Source: an uncultured Actinomycetes bacterium (lineage in GTDB: Bacteria; Actinomycetota; Acidimicrobiia; IMCC26256; DASPTH01). Taken from it: a stretch of 64,000 nt of DNA. The notes beneath the pieces are model-generated. The model did not search any database. It was given only the letters and a program-made list of their open reading frames with translations, and was not told the origin of the DNA. Made by a program: the position numbers and the translations under genes. The number at the start of each line of letters is the position of its first letter. Within the stretch, counting starts at the first letter, position 1. The stretch covers positions 451,353-515,352 of the forward strand of contig CAWARX010000005.1 of NCBI GenBank assembly GCA_963784595.1. The letters are read 5' to 3'. This document shows positions 53,958 to 63,917 of this stretch, piece after piece.

Positions 53958-54421
53958 GCGCCCGCCCGCGCGGCGCGGCGTTCCTCGCGGCGTTGGTCGA
54001 GCGCCGACTGCAGCTGCGCGATCGACCGTGCGACCGCGTCGGGGTCGTCGACGCGCGCGAGCAGGTCGTCGAGCTGCTCGCGCATCGACGCCTCGGCGAG
54101 CCCGAGCGCGGCGTGACCCGCGTCGGTCACCGTGAGGCGGGTGGCCCGGCGGTCGCCGTCGACCGACTCGCGGGTGACGAGCCCGCGCTCGACCAGCGTG
54201 TCGATGGTCGCCGACACCGTCGGCTTGGTGAGCGCCAGCTGGCCCGCGAGGTGGCTGGCCCGGTCCGCGCCGTCGGCCATCATGGCGAGGAGGCGGTACT
54301 GCGCCAGCTTCAGCCGGGCGTCGGTCAGCCGGGCACCCGGCCCGTCGGCACCGGGGAGCTCGGCGCAGGCCCGCTCGAGGACCCGGGCGAGGCGGGCCAG
54401 GGTCAGCACGTCGCGGTCCAT
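53954..54421 (-). CDS. MarR-family transcriptional regulator
   Basis: ORF 53954..54421 (155 aa). LAQYRLLAMMADGADRASHLAGQLALTKPTVSATIDTLVERGLVTRESVDGDRRATRLTVTDAG is the wHTH of MarR proteins. The stop overlaps the ABC exporter start (GTGA). Confidence 0.85.
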   Translation of the reverse strand: MDRDVLTLARLARVLERACAELPGADGPGARLTDARLKLAQYRLLAMMADGADRASHLAGQLALTKPTVSATIDTLVERGLVTRESVDGDRRATRLTVTDAGHAALGLAEASMREQLDDLLARVDDPDAVARSIAQLQSALDQRREERRAARAGA

Positions 54422-54440
54422 GCGCCGAGCGTAGCGAATG

Positions 54441-54455
54441 GTTCGTGGTACGAAC
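54441..54455. promoter_or_regulatory. inverted repeat GTTCGT-N3-ACGAAC, candidate MarR operator
   Basis: It lies 20 nt upstream of the marR-like start, in the 115-bp divergent intergenic region. This is a sequence observation only. Confidence 0.3.
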
Positions 54456-54536
54456 TATTGCCGCACCTGCGCCGTGGCAAGCCGGCCTTCACCTCGGTGT
54501 AACAAAGCCGTAACGAAGCGTCCGTAGGGTACGCAG

Positions 54537-55040
54537 ATGACCGACGTCGTCCTGGTGCGCTGGCCCGAGGAATCCGAACGCCTGGAACGGCTCCGCGCCG
54601 CCGGCGCCCCCCGCCTCCTGCTCGTGGGCGAGGATCTGGCCGCGCCGGAGCCGGTCGATCCCCTGGAGGACTGGATCCGGCTCCCGGCTGCGGAGGACGA
54701 CCTGCGGGTACGGGTCGCGACCCTGGCATCACGCGCCGGTCGCAGCGGGGTCGCGCCCACCGTCGACGAGGACGGCCTGCTGCGGTACCGGGGCCGGTGG
54801 GTCACGCTGTCGCCGGTCGAGCGGGCGCTGGCCGCCGCGCTCATCGACCGGTACAACGCGGTGGTCGGGCGCGACACCCTGGTGCGCCGGGCGTGGCCGG
54901 GCGGCAGCCCGACCCGCAACACGCTCGACGTCCACATGCTGCGGCTCCGCCGTCGCATCTCCACGCTGGGGCTCGAGGTGCGGACCGTACGGGCGCGTGG
55001 GTACCTCCTGCAGGCGCTCGAACCCAGCGGCGTCAGCTGA
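54537..55040 (+). CDS. winged-helix (OmpR/PhoB C-terminal type) DNA-binding protein with a degenerate receiver-like N-terminus
   Basis: ORF 54537..55040 (167 aa). VTLSPVERALAAALIDRYNAVVGRDTLVRRAWPGGSPTRNTLDVHMLRLRRRISTLGLEVRTVRARGYLL is a trans_reg_C-type wHTH. The N-terminal part lacks the usual phospho-acceptor context. Confidence 0.6.
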   Translation: MTDVVLVRWPEESERLERLRAAGAPRLLLVGEDLAAPEPVDPLEDWIRLPAAEDDLRVRVATLASRAGRSGVAPTVDEDGLLRYRGRWVTLSPVERALAAALIDRYNAVVGRDTLVRRAWPGGSPTRNTLDVHMLRLRRRISTLGLEVRTVRARGYLLQALEPSGVS

Positions 55041-55065
55041 TGGACGCCTGCCTGGTGGAAGTCTG

Positions 55066-57853
55066 ATGGACGTCACCGCCGTCCTCCTCGACATCCTCAT
55101 CGTCCTCGTCGCCGCCAAGGTCGCCGCCGAGCTCGCCGAGCGCATCAACGTGCCCGCGGTCGTCGCCGAGATCGTCGCGGGGGCGATCATCGGGCCGTCC
55201 GTGCTGAACCTGGTCGGCGGTGACGAGACGCTCAAGGTGCTCGGTGAGCTCGGGGTGATCCTCCTCCTGCTCGGCGTCGGCATGGAGATGGACCTCGCCG
55301 AGCTCGGCGCGGTGGGCCGGGCGTCGATGTCGGTGGCCGTGATCGGCGTGGTGATCCCCATGCTCGGCGGGTATTTCGTCGCCAGCGCCCTCGGCCACAG
55401 CAGCAACCAGTCGTTGTTCATCGGCGCCGCGCTCGCGGCGACCAGCGTCGGGATCACGGCACGCGTGTTCAGCGATCTCCGCGCGCTCGCGACCGTCGAG
55501 GCGCGCACGGTGCTGGGCGCGGCGGTCGCCGACGACGTGCTCGGGCTCGTGATCCTCACCGTGGTGGTGCGTCTGGTCTCGGAAGGGTCGGTGTCGGTGG
55601 CCGACGTCGCGGTGATCGTCGCGGTGGCGATCGGTTTCCTGGTGGTCACGGCGGTCCTCGGTTCGAAGTTCGCGCCCGGCTTCTTCCAGTTCCTCGACCG
55701 TCACGCCAAGTCTGCGGGAACGCTCGTGGCCCTCGCGCTGGCGTTCACCCTGGCGTTCGCGGAGCTGGCGGACGCCGCGAAGCTGGCGCCGATCGTGGGG
55801 GCGTTCGTCGCGGGGGTGGCGCTGTCGCGCAGCTCGGCAAAGGACCGCATCGAACGCGAGCTGGCGCCGGTCGGACACCTCTTCATCCCCGTGTTCTTCC
55901 TCGGCATCGGCATCGAGGCCCAGGTGGAGAAGTTCTTCAACCCCGAGGTGCTCGGGATCGCCGCCGCGCTGCTCGCCATCGCCATCGTCGGCAAGCTGGT
56001 GGCCGCGGTCGGGGTGTTCGGGTCGCCGGGCGACAAGTGGCTCATCGGGATCGGGATGATCCCCCGCGGTGAGGTCGGGCTGATCTTCGCGACCATCGGC
56101 CTGAACGAAGGGGTGCTCGGCGGCAACCTCTACGCGGCGCTGCTGCTGGTGGTGCTCGTCACCACGATCATGACGCCGCCCCTGCTGCGGTGGCGCCTGA
56201 CCCAGATCCGCAGCGAGCACAAGGTGCGCCCCGACAGCCACGAGCCCAGACCCGAGGGCGGCTGGCTCCGGGTCGACGACGGCGTCGTCGATCTCGTGGC
56301 CGACCCACCGTCCCGGCTCGCGCTCGACCTCGCGCTCGAAGCTGCCCGCGGCATCGCCCGGGGGGCGCGCCCGGGTTCTCGCCTGCTGGATTGGATCGGC
56401 GAGTGGAGCGACACCGCGCTGCGCTGGAACACCGACGCGACCAAGCAGCTCTTCGCGGTGCTCGTCGACGGCGACGCGCGCCGCGTGGCGCTTCCTCGAG
56501 ACCACCGGGGTGCTCGAACGCGCGCTGCCGGAGCTGGCGGAGGCCGTCAACCGGCGCCGGAGCGACCCGTTCCTCATCGACCCCGCGCAGGTGCTGCGGT
56601 TCTCGCTGGTCGAGCGGATCAAGGAGCTCGCCGACACCGACGAGCTGGTCGCGGCCGAGCACGCCAAGTTGGACCACCCGGAGTGGCTCCTACTGGCCGC
56701 GCTGATCCTCGACACCGTGGGCGAGGACTCCTCGCCGGTGGAGCTGGCGCGCCGCATCGCCCAGCGCCTCGACCTCGGCGCGGCCGCCGAGCAGCAGATC
56801 GCGCTGCTGGTGGGCGACTCGGACCTCCTGCGGGCGGCCGCCGGGAAGGTCGACGGGCTCGAGGAGGAGCGGGTGGTGCCGATCGCCATCCACCTCGACA
56901 ACGGCGAGCGCACCCGGGCCCTGTACGTCCTCACCGTCGCGCGGGGTGACCTCACCCCGTGGGACCGCAAGCGCCTCGACCAGCTCTTCCAGGTGGTGCT
57001 CCAGCTGCTCGACCAACCCGACGTCACCGGCCTCGACGCCCGCAACCTGCTCGAACGCCGGCGCGCCGAGGCGATCCGGCACGCGGGCGACGACCCGCGC
57101 GTGGTCGAGCGGATCACGCACGCGCCGCGCGCCTACCTGCTCAGCCAGAGCGCGGCTGACATCGCCCGCCAGGCGGCGTTCGTGGAGCCGGTGCCGGCGC
57201 GGGGCGAGGCGAGCGTCGCGGTGCTGGCGGTGCCGCCGGACGGCGCGGCGACCGACTCCCGCGCCGACACCCCGGCGCGCTGGCGGATCGAGGTCGCGGC
57301 GCGCGACCGCCATGGTCTGCTGGCGACGGTGTCGGGGGTGATCGCCGACGCCGGCCTCGACATCCTCGACGCTGCGGTGGCCACCTGGGGCGACGAAGCC
57401 GCGCTGGACACGTTCCTCGTCGAGCGCGCCGGGCTCTCGCCGGCCCGGCTCTCGGAGCACGAGCTGGCCGAGCTGCCGCCGCCGGATCCCCTGAAGCTCG
57501 AGGCGGCGATCGTCGCCGCGTTCGACGCGCCGCTGGAGTCGCTGCCCAACCCGGACGCCGAGCTGCGCTTCGACGAGCACGCATCGCCGTGGTACACGAT
57601 CTGCGAGGTCCGCAGCCCCGACCGCCGCGGGCTGTTGCACAGCCTCACCGCGGCGATGGCGAGCGCGGGGGCGAGCGTGCACTCGGCGCGCCTGGTGACG
57701 ATCGCGGGCACCGCCGTCGACCGCTTCGAGCTGACCGACCGCAACGAGCGCAAGCTCGACGCCGCGGCCGAGCGCGTGGTGCTCGACGCCGTCCGCGACG
57801 GGGTCACGCCGAAACGCCGGCTCATGAGCAGCAGGGTGAGCCGCCGTCACTAG
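55066..57853 (+). pseudogene. cation:proton antiporter (CPA2/Kef-like) fused to a GlnD-like C-terminal regulatory region with two ACT domains; one frame disruption
   Basis: ATG 55066 in ORF 54997..56949 gives ~390 aa of TMS (ELGVILLLLGVGMEMD..., ...ATSVGITARVF..., ...IPRGEVGLIFA). The same frame continues without a stop into PSRLALDLALEAARG...TDATKQLFAVLVDGDARR. After a switch at ~56483 it continues in ORF 56510..57853 (WRFLETTGVLERALPEL...LLLAALILDTV...). ACT1 reads WRIEVAARDRHGLLATVSGVIADAGLDILDAAV. ACT2 reads YTICEVRSPDRRGLLHSLTAAMASAGASVHSARL. Confidence 0.75.
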
Positions 57854-57863
57854 CGTCGGGCCC

Positions 57864-59641
57864 ATGGGCTCGGTGCTGCGGCTGGGGGTCGACACGGGAG
57901 GGACGTTCACCGACCTCGTGGCCGACGACGGCCGGGTCGTGAAGGTGCCCTCGACGCCGGACGACCCGGGCGCGCGGTGCGCGACGCGTGCGCGGGCGTG
58001 GTCGGCCACGTCGCCACGTTGGCCCACGGCACGACGGTGGCCACGAACGCGTTGCTGGAGCGCACGCTCGGTCGGGTCGCGCTGGTGACGACGCGCGGGT
58101 TCGCCGACGTCATCGAGATCGCGCGCCAGGCGCGGCCCTCGCTCTACGACGCGCGGGTCGACCGTCCGCCGGCGTTGGTGCCGCGCGAACGGCGGTTCGA
58201 GGTGGCGGGCCGCCTCGACGCCCGGGGCGGGGAGCTCGAGCCGTTCGACGCCGTCGTGCCCGACCTCGGGCCAGTCGACGCGGTCGCGGTGTGCCTGCTG
58301 CACGCCGATCTCGATCCGACGCACGAGCGCGCGGTGGCGGCGGTGCTGCGGGCGCGGGGGATCACCGCGGTGGTGTGCTCGCACGAGGTGTCGCCGGAGT
58401 ACCGCGAGTACGAGCGGACGGTCACCACCGTCGCCGACGCCGCGCTGGCGCCGGTGTGCGCCGCGTACCTGCGCAGCCTCGCGTCGCTGGCCGACGACGT
58501 GCTGGTGATGACCTCGGGTGGCGGGCTGGTGCCCCTCGCCGACGCGGCCGCGCACCCGGCGCACCTGCTGCTGTCGGGCCCGGCCGCGGGCGTGCGCGCC
58601 GCCGCCGCGGTCGCGGCGGCGTGCGGGTGGCCCGACGCCGTGTCGTTCGACATGGGCGGCACGAGCACCGACGTCTGTCTCGTGCGCGGCGGGGTGCCCG
58701 CGCCCACGGCGACCCGCCGGGTGGCCGGCTTGCCGGTGCGGTTGCCGGCGCTGGCGGTCCACACCATCGGCGCGGGCGGCGGCTCGATCGCCGGGCTGGA
58801 TCCGGGGGGCGCGCTGGTGGTGGGTCCGCGGAGCGCGGGCGCGCGGCCGGGGCCCGCCTGCTACGGCACCGGTGGGCTCGACGCGACGGTGACCGACGCC
58901 GATCTCGTGCTCGGGCGGCTCCCCGCCGACACCGTGCTGCCCGGGATCGGCCGCCTCGACGCCGACGCGGCGCGCGCGGCGCTGACCCGGGCGGGAGTGA
59001 CCGCGGAGGGTGTGGTCGCGGTCGTCGACGCGGCGATGGAGCGCGCGGTGCGCGTGGTGACCGTCGAGCAGGGCGTCGACCCGCGCGCTGGCGCTGGTCG
59101 CGTTCGGGGGCGCCGGGCCGTTGCACGCGTGCGCGGTGGCGGAGCAGCTCGGCATGGGCACGGTGATCGTGCCCGCCGCGCGGGGGTGTTTTCCGCGGTG
59201 GGGCTGGTGTGCTCGCCCGAGCAACGCGAGCTCGTGCGCAGCTGGGCGACGCCCGCCTCCACCGACGGCCTCGCCGCGGCGCGCGCCGAGCTGGCGGCGG
59301 CCACCGCCGCGCTGGTGCCCGGCGGCGAGGTCGAGGGCTGGCTGGACTGCCGCTACGTGGGGCAGAGCCACGAGCTGACGGTGCGGGAACCGGCGGACTT
59401 CCCCGGGGAGCACGAGCGACGCAACGGCTTCGCGCGTCCGGGCGCGCCGGTGGAGGTGGTCGCGCTGCGGGCGCGGGTCACGCATGCCGCGCCGCTCGCC
59501 CTCGCCGACCTGCCGACGGTCAGGCGCGCACGCGTGGTCGGCCCGGCGGTGGTCGCCGAGGTGGACTGCACGATGTGGGTGCCCGCGGGATGGGTGGCCG
59601 AACCGGGCCCGACTGGCGCGTGGCTGGTGCAGCAGCGATGA
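57864..59641 (+). pseudogene. hydantoinase/oxoprolinase family protein, A subunit type; three frame disruptions
   Basis: ORF 57864..58088 gives the start (LRLGVDTGGTFTDLV). ORF 57977..59641 gives the body (HGTTVATNALLER...VTTRGFADVIEIARQ...FDMGGTSTDV...GAGGGSIAGLD). ORF 59121..59378 gives a short middle piece (ALVAFGGAGPLHACAVAEQLGMGTVIVPAA). The switches are at ~57973, ~59080 and ~59185. Confidence 0.8.
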
Positions 59642-59654
59642 GCAGACCGCCGTC

Positions 59655-61207
59655 GTGAATCCCGCCGAGCTGCAGATCCTCGCGTCACGGCTGGCGTCGG
59701 TGGCCGACGAGATGGGCGCGGTGCTGCGGCGCGCCGCGTACAGCCCCAACATCAAGGAGCGGGCCGACTGCTCGGCGGCGCTGTTCACCGCCGGCGGCGA
59801 GCTGCTCGCGCAGGCCGAGCACATCCCGGTGCACCTCGGGTCGATGCCGGCGTCGGTGGCGGCGGCCATCGCCACGGGCGTGCGGGTGCCGATGGTGCTC
59901 AACGATCCGTTCGCGGGAGGCACCCACCTCAACGACATCACGATGGTCGCGCCGGTGCTCGTCGACGGCGAGCTGGTGGGCTGGGTCGCGAACCGGGCCC
60001 ACCACGCCGACGTCGGGGGGACCGCGCCGGGTTCGATGCCCCCCGACGCGCTGACCATCGACGAGGAGGGCCTGCGCCTGGTGCCCACACCGATCGACGG
60101 GGACGCGATCGAGGAGGACGCGTTCGCGCTCATCGTCGCCGCGTCGCGCACGCCGGCCGAGCGGCGCGGCGACCTCGACGCGCAGCTCGGCGCCAACCAG
60201 CTGGGCGCGGCGCGCTTCGCCGAGATCGTCGCCACGCTTCCGGACCTCACCGCGTTCGCCGAGATCCTCGACTACGGCGAGCGCCGCATGCGCGCCGCAC
60301 TGCAGCGCGCTGCCCGATGGTCGATGGACCTTCACCGACGTGCTCGACTCCGCGGGGCCGCGCCCGGAGCAGCAGTCGCCGACGCCGATCACCGTGACCG
60401 TCACCGTCGCTGCCGACACCACGACGTTCGACTTCACCGGCACCGGCGCGCAGCGGCCGGGCAACGTGAACGCGGTCGAGGCGGTGACGGTGAGCGCGGT
60501 GGCGTTCGCGGTCCGCGCCGCGACCGATCCCACGCTCCCGGCGAACGGTGGTGCCATGCGCCCGGTGCGGGTGATCGCGCCCGCGGGCTCGGTGGTGGCG
60601 GCGCGCCCGCCGGTGGCGGTCGGTGCCGGCAACGTCGAGGTGAGCCAGCGGGTGGCCGACGTGTGCCTCGGCGCGCTGGCGCAGGCGCTGCCGGCGCGGG
60701 TGGGCGCGGCGGGCCAGGGCACCATGAACAACGTGCTGCTCGGCGGCGGGGCAGGCGAGGTGGCCTGGGTGCACTACGAGACCGTCGGCGGCGGGCAGGG
60801 GGCGCGACCGTGGGCGGACGGCATGAGTGGCGTGCACACCGCGATGACCAACACGCTCGACACCCCCGTCGAGGCGTTCGAGCGCGCGCTGCCGGTGCGG
60901 GTGCGCCGCTACGGCCTGCGGCGGGGGAGTGGCGGCGCGGGCACCCACGCGGGCGGCGAGGGCATCTGGCGCGAGCTGGAGGTGCTGGAGCCGGTCACGG
61001 TGTCGCTGGTGACCGAACGGCGCACGAGCGCGCCGTGGGGGCTCGCCGGCGGCGGCGACGGCGCGCGCGGGTGAGAACTGGCTGCTCCCCGCCGGCGACG
61101 AGACCCGCGCCGAACGCCTCCCCGACAAGTGCACCGTCATGCTGGCCCCCGGTGACGTGCTGCGGCTGCTCACCCCGGGAGGTGGCGGTTGGGGGCCCGC
61201 CTCCTGA
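59655..61207 (+). pseudogene. hydantoinase B/oxoprolinase family protein; two frame disruptions
   Basis: GTG 59655 in the frame of ORF 59484..61922 (LQILASRLASVADEMGAVLRRAAYSPNIKERADCSAALF...NDPFAGGTHLNDIT). Next comes ORF 60340..61074 (LPDGRWTFTDVLD...GNVNAVEAVTVSAV...GAGNVEVSQRV...GGGQGARPWADG). The last 45 codons are in a third frame (ENWLLPAGDE...LTPGGGGWGP). The switches are at ~60305 and ~61072. The exact start is uncertain. Confidence 0.8.
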
Positions 61208-61832
61208 CCTCGGCGACCACGCCGGGCGCGGCGGCGACGATGCCGGGCTGGAGCTCGGTGAGCGCGGTTGCGACGACGTCGACGTGCTCGGCCCGCAGCT
61301 CGATGCGCCGGCGCCCCGCGGTCATGCGGTGCAGCCGCTCGGCGACGAATCGGGCATCCGCGTAGCGCGCCGGATTCAGCGACGAGCCGATCAGGTACAA
61401 CCGCTCGGCCCACACGGCACGGGCTTGCTCGTGGGCCAGGTCCGCGAGATCGGGTGTGCCCGCGCCGACCGCGTCGAGGGTGACCTGCGCGGTCGACTTC
61501 ACCGCCGGGCTCGCCACCAACCCGCCGTCGAGCAGCATCTCCACCCCCGCGTGCGAGCACGCCCGCGCCGCGCCCGAGTCGACACCCGCGCCGACGAGCA
61601 GGTCGCGCAGCTCGCGGTTGGCGGCGCGGAACCACTCGGATTCGTGGAACACCGCGTCGCACGCGTGGTGGAACTCCACGCCTCGCCCGAGCTCACCCGA
61701 GGGGCGGGTCAACCGCACCCGGGCGATCGCCGCGAGGTCGGGCAGCATGCACCCGACGAGGAAGTCGGTCGACGGCACCGACGCGTCGCCGCCGGGCGCG
61801 AGCGCCACCGCGACGTGGCCGACCAGGTTCAC
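61170..61832 (-). CDS. hypothetical protein, weak resemblance to acyl carrier protein phosphodiesterase (AcpH/DUF479)
   Basis: ORF 61170..61928, with the likely start at GTG 61832. VNLVGHVAVA...LVGCMLPDLAAIARVRL...GVEFHHACDAVFHESEWFRAA parallels AcpH landmarks (N-F-L-A-H-L, G-x-L-L-A-D-F, H-x-x-x-D-x-x-x-H, W-F-R). The 3' end overlaps hyuB by 38 nt, so the end may be affected by an indel. Confidence 0.4.
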   Translation of the reverse strand: MNLVGHVAVALAPGGDASVPSTDFLVGCMLPDLAAIARVRLTRPSGELGRGVEFHHACDAVFHESEWFRAANRELRDLLVGAGVDSGAARACSHAGVEMLLDGGLVASPAVKSTAQVTLDAVGAGTPDLADLAHEQARAVWAERLYLIGSSLNPARYADARFVAERLHRMTAGRRRIELRAEHVDVVATALTELQPGIVAAAPGVVAEVRRRAPNRHLPG

Positions 61833-62005
61833 CCGCCGAGCGTACCGGCGGGTCACGGCGGCACCCCCGCCAGCAGCCCGGCGGCGTTGGTGACACCGCC
61901 GGGCGCGAGCGGATCGTCGTGATCCCACTCGAGCCGGTAGCGCCCGTTGCGCCCTTCGTCGGAGCAGACGGCGCCGTCGAACTCCGGTGGCGCGCCGAGC
62001 GGCTT

Positions 62006-62476
62006 TCAGCCGACCGGCCGGACGCTCACGATCTCGACCGCGAAGGTGCGCCGGGGGCCCTCGTAGCTGACGGTGTCCCCGGGGGAGTGCTCGAGCAGCG
62101 CCTGCCCGAGCGGTGACGACGTGGAGAGCACCTCGAAGTCGTCGCTGCGTTCCTCGATGGAACCAACGAGATACGAGGTGGTGTCGTCGTCACCTTCCAT
62201 CCGGATCTCGACGATGGTGCCGGGGGCGACGACGTCGCCGGACGGGCCCTCGACCACCACCGCGGTCCGCAGGATCTGCTCGATCTGGCGGACGCGGGCC
62301 TCGTTGTGGCCCTGCTCGTTCTTCGCGGCGTCGTAGTCCGCGTTCTCCTTGATGTCGCCGTGCTCGCGGGCGCGCTCGATCCAGGCCGAGATCTCGCGCC
62401 GTCGGGGGCCCGACCGTTCGGCGAGCTCTTCCTGGAGCCGGGCATGGGCCTGGGCGGAGAGGTGCGACGGATCCAT
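62006..62476 (-). CDS. greA: transcription elongation factor GreA
   Basis: ORF 62006..62476 (156 aa). LQEELAERSGPRRREISAWIERAREHGDIKENADYDAAKNEQGHNEARVRQIEQIL is followed by the C-terminal FKBP-like domain SPLGQALL...GDTV. Confidence 0.95.
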   Translation of the reverse strand: MDPSHLSAQAHARLQEELAERSGPRRREISAWIERAREHGDIKENADYDAAKNEQGHNEARVRQIEQILRTAVVVEGPSGDVVAPGTIVEIRMEGDDDTTSYLVGSIEERSDDFEVLSTSSPLGQALLEHSPGDTVSYEGPRRTFAVEIVSVRPVG

Positions 62477-62570
62477 CGGTGCAGGCTACCGGCCGCGACG
62501 ACCGAGGCACTCGCCTTCCCTGTCAGACCGCGGCGGTAGGCTCGGCAGCATCTCTTCCCCCTGATGGCTC

Positions 62571-62972
62571 ATGGCGACGGCCACGGAGGGGAAGACGATG
62601 GCGATCGACGAGGTGCGGATGCGGCTCCGGCGCAAGCTGGAGGAGGCGTTCGGGATGGAAGAAGCGGACATGTTGATGGACCGCCCGGCCGGTGGATGGG
62701 GCGACGTGGTGACCAACGCGTCGATCCGCCCGACCTTCGACGGGATCGACCACCGTTTCGAGGCGATCGACCGCCGTTTCGAGGCGATCGACCGCCGTTT
62801 CGACGGGTCGATTCGTTACGAGCACAAGATCGACACGCTCCGCTTCGAGCTGCGCAGCGAGATGGACCGCGGGTTCCGCGATCAGACCTGGCGCCTCATG
62901 ACCGCGATCTTCGCCAGCACCGGGACCCTGGTCGCGGCGTTCGGCGCCTTCATCGCCGTCGTGAAGCTCTGA
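62571..62972 (+). CDS. hypothetical coiled-coil protein with a C-terminal transmembrane anchor
   Basis: ORF 62571..62972 (133 aa). It has heptad-like IDHRFEAIDRRFEAIDRRFDG repeats and a C-terminal anchor TWRLMTAIFASTGTLVAAFGAFIAVV. No confident family assignment. Confidence 0.5.
   Translation: MATATEGKTMAIDEVRMRLRRKLEEAFGMEEADMLMDRPAGGWGDVVTNASIRPTFDGIDHRFEAIDRRFEAIDRRFDGSIRYEHKIDTLRFELRSEMDRGFRDQTWRLMTAIFASTGTLVAAFGAFIAVVKL
62745..62807. repeat. coding tandem repeat, 21-bp unit x3 (ATCGACCGCCGTTTCGAGGCG)
   Basis: Direct reading. Units lie at 62745-62765, 62766-62786 and 62787-62807, each encoding IDxRFEA. Confidence 0.85.
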
Positions 62973-62998
62973 CCCGTACGCGACGCCCGACGACCGCG

Positions 62999-63688
62999 CT
63001 ATGACGGCTGGAAGAAGAGCTGCAGCTCCATCTCACCGTGGTCGTCGACCGACGCCACCGCGGGGGCGGTCGGCGCGGTGATCCCGTAGTCGGCGAACAC
63101 GATCGGCAGGTGGCCCACCACCTGCACCTGCTTGCCGTCCCAGCGGCCCTCGAGCGAGATCGTCACCTTCTGGGTGACCCCGTGCAGTGTGAAGTCGCCG
63201 GTGGCGTCGGCCTTGACCGTCTCGCCCGCGGCCGGCACCGCGGCGAGCCGGATCGGGGAGGTGAGCACGAACTTGGCCTCGGGGAACCGGTCGGACTCCA
63301 GGCCCTGGCTCTCGAGGCGGCCGTCACGGAAGCTGTTGTCCGAGGTGAGGTCGCGCACGTCGGCGGTGACGGTCACGTCGCTGACCGTCGTCCCGTCGAT
63401 CTTCATGGTCGCGGTCACGTGGTCGGTCCGGCCGGTGGCCTCGCTCTCGGAGATGTTGGCGAAGAGCTTCTCGGTGACCCGGTAGCCCACGAAGTTGTCG
63501 GAGCTCCCGGGCTCCACGACCCACGTGCCGTCGGGCCCGGCCGTGGCCGAGCCGTCGGTGACGACGGGCGTCTCCTCGATCACTGCCCGGGGCTCGGGGT
63601 CGGACTTGAGGAAGAAGTACCAGCCGGCGACGCCGAGGGCGACGACCAGCACGAGGCCCAACACGAGCCATTTCCAGATCCGGCGCAT
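62999..63688 (-). CDS. YceI-family (lipid/polyisoprenoid-binding-like) protein with N-terminal membrane anchor
   Basis: ORF 62999..63805, with the likely start at ATG 63688. MRRIWKWLVLGLVLVVALGVAGWYFF is the anchor. FVGYRVTEKLF...ATGRT...DLTSDNSFRDGRLESQGLESDRFPEAKF...GDFTLHGVT is typical of YceI proteins. Confidence 0.85.
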   Translation of the reverse strand: MRRIWKWLVLGLVLVVALGVAGWYFFLKSDPEPRAVIEETPVVTDGSATAGPDGTWVVEPGSSDNFVGYRVTEKLFANISESEATGRTDHVTATMKIDGTTVSDVTVTADVRDLTSDNSFRDGRLESQGLESDRFPEAKFVLTSPIRLAAVPAAGETVKADATGDFTLHGVTQKVTISLEGRWDGKQVQVVGHLPIVFADYGITAPTAPAVASVDDHGEMELQLFFQPS

Positions 63689-63811
63689 GGTCCGTGCCCT
63701 CCCGAGGCCGTCCGAACGATCGACGTCGCCCAGGGTACGGTGAGGATCACCAAAGTGATGGCGCGTGGCCTCAGCCGTTCCACAGCCCTGGACTGATCGG
63801 GCCAATACCCG

Positions 63812-63840
63812 TTGAGAAAGGCGACCTGACCTGGTACGAT
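63812..63840 (+). promoter_or_regulatory. candidate sigma-70-type promoter: TTGAGA - 17 nt - TACGAT
   Basis: The -35 box is at 63812-63817 and the -10 box at 63835-63840, with a 17-nt spacer. The predicted start is ~63847, which leaves the downstream 12-codon ORF nearly leaderless. Confidence 0.45.
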
Positions 63841-63849
63841 CACCGGTTC

Positions 63850-63888
63850 ATGACTCGCACGACCTTCTCCGTCATCGTCATTCAATAG
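63850..63888 (+). CDS. candidate 12-aa leader peptide MTRTTFSVIVIQ (Thr/Ile/Val-rich) of a transcription attenuator
   Basis: This is the end of ORF 63694..63888. ATG 63850 lies 10 nt after the -10 box. The stop abuts a 9-bp hairpin (63888-63896/63903-63911), which is followed by an intrinsic terminator. Confidence 0.5.
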   Translation: MTRTTFSVIVIQ

Positions 63889-63917
63889 CGAACGCCTCCT
63901 CCGGCGTTCGCCTCCAA

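Noticed and set aside
56690-60250. A 1186-aa minus-strand ORF spanning the antiporter-fusion, hydantoinase A and hydantoinase B loci.
   Set aside because: It has the composition of an off-frame, GC-rich artefact. It is antisense to three genes with clear family motifs on the plus strand.
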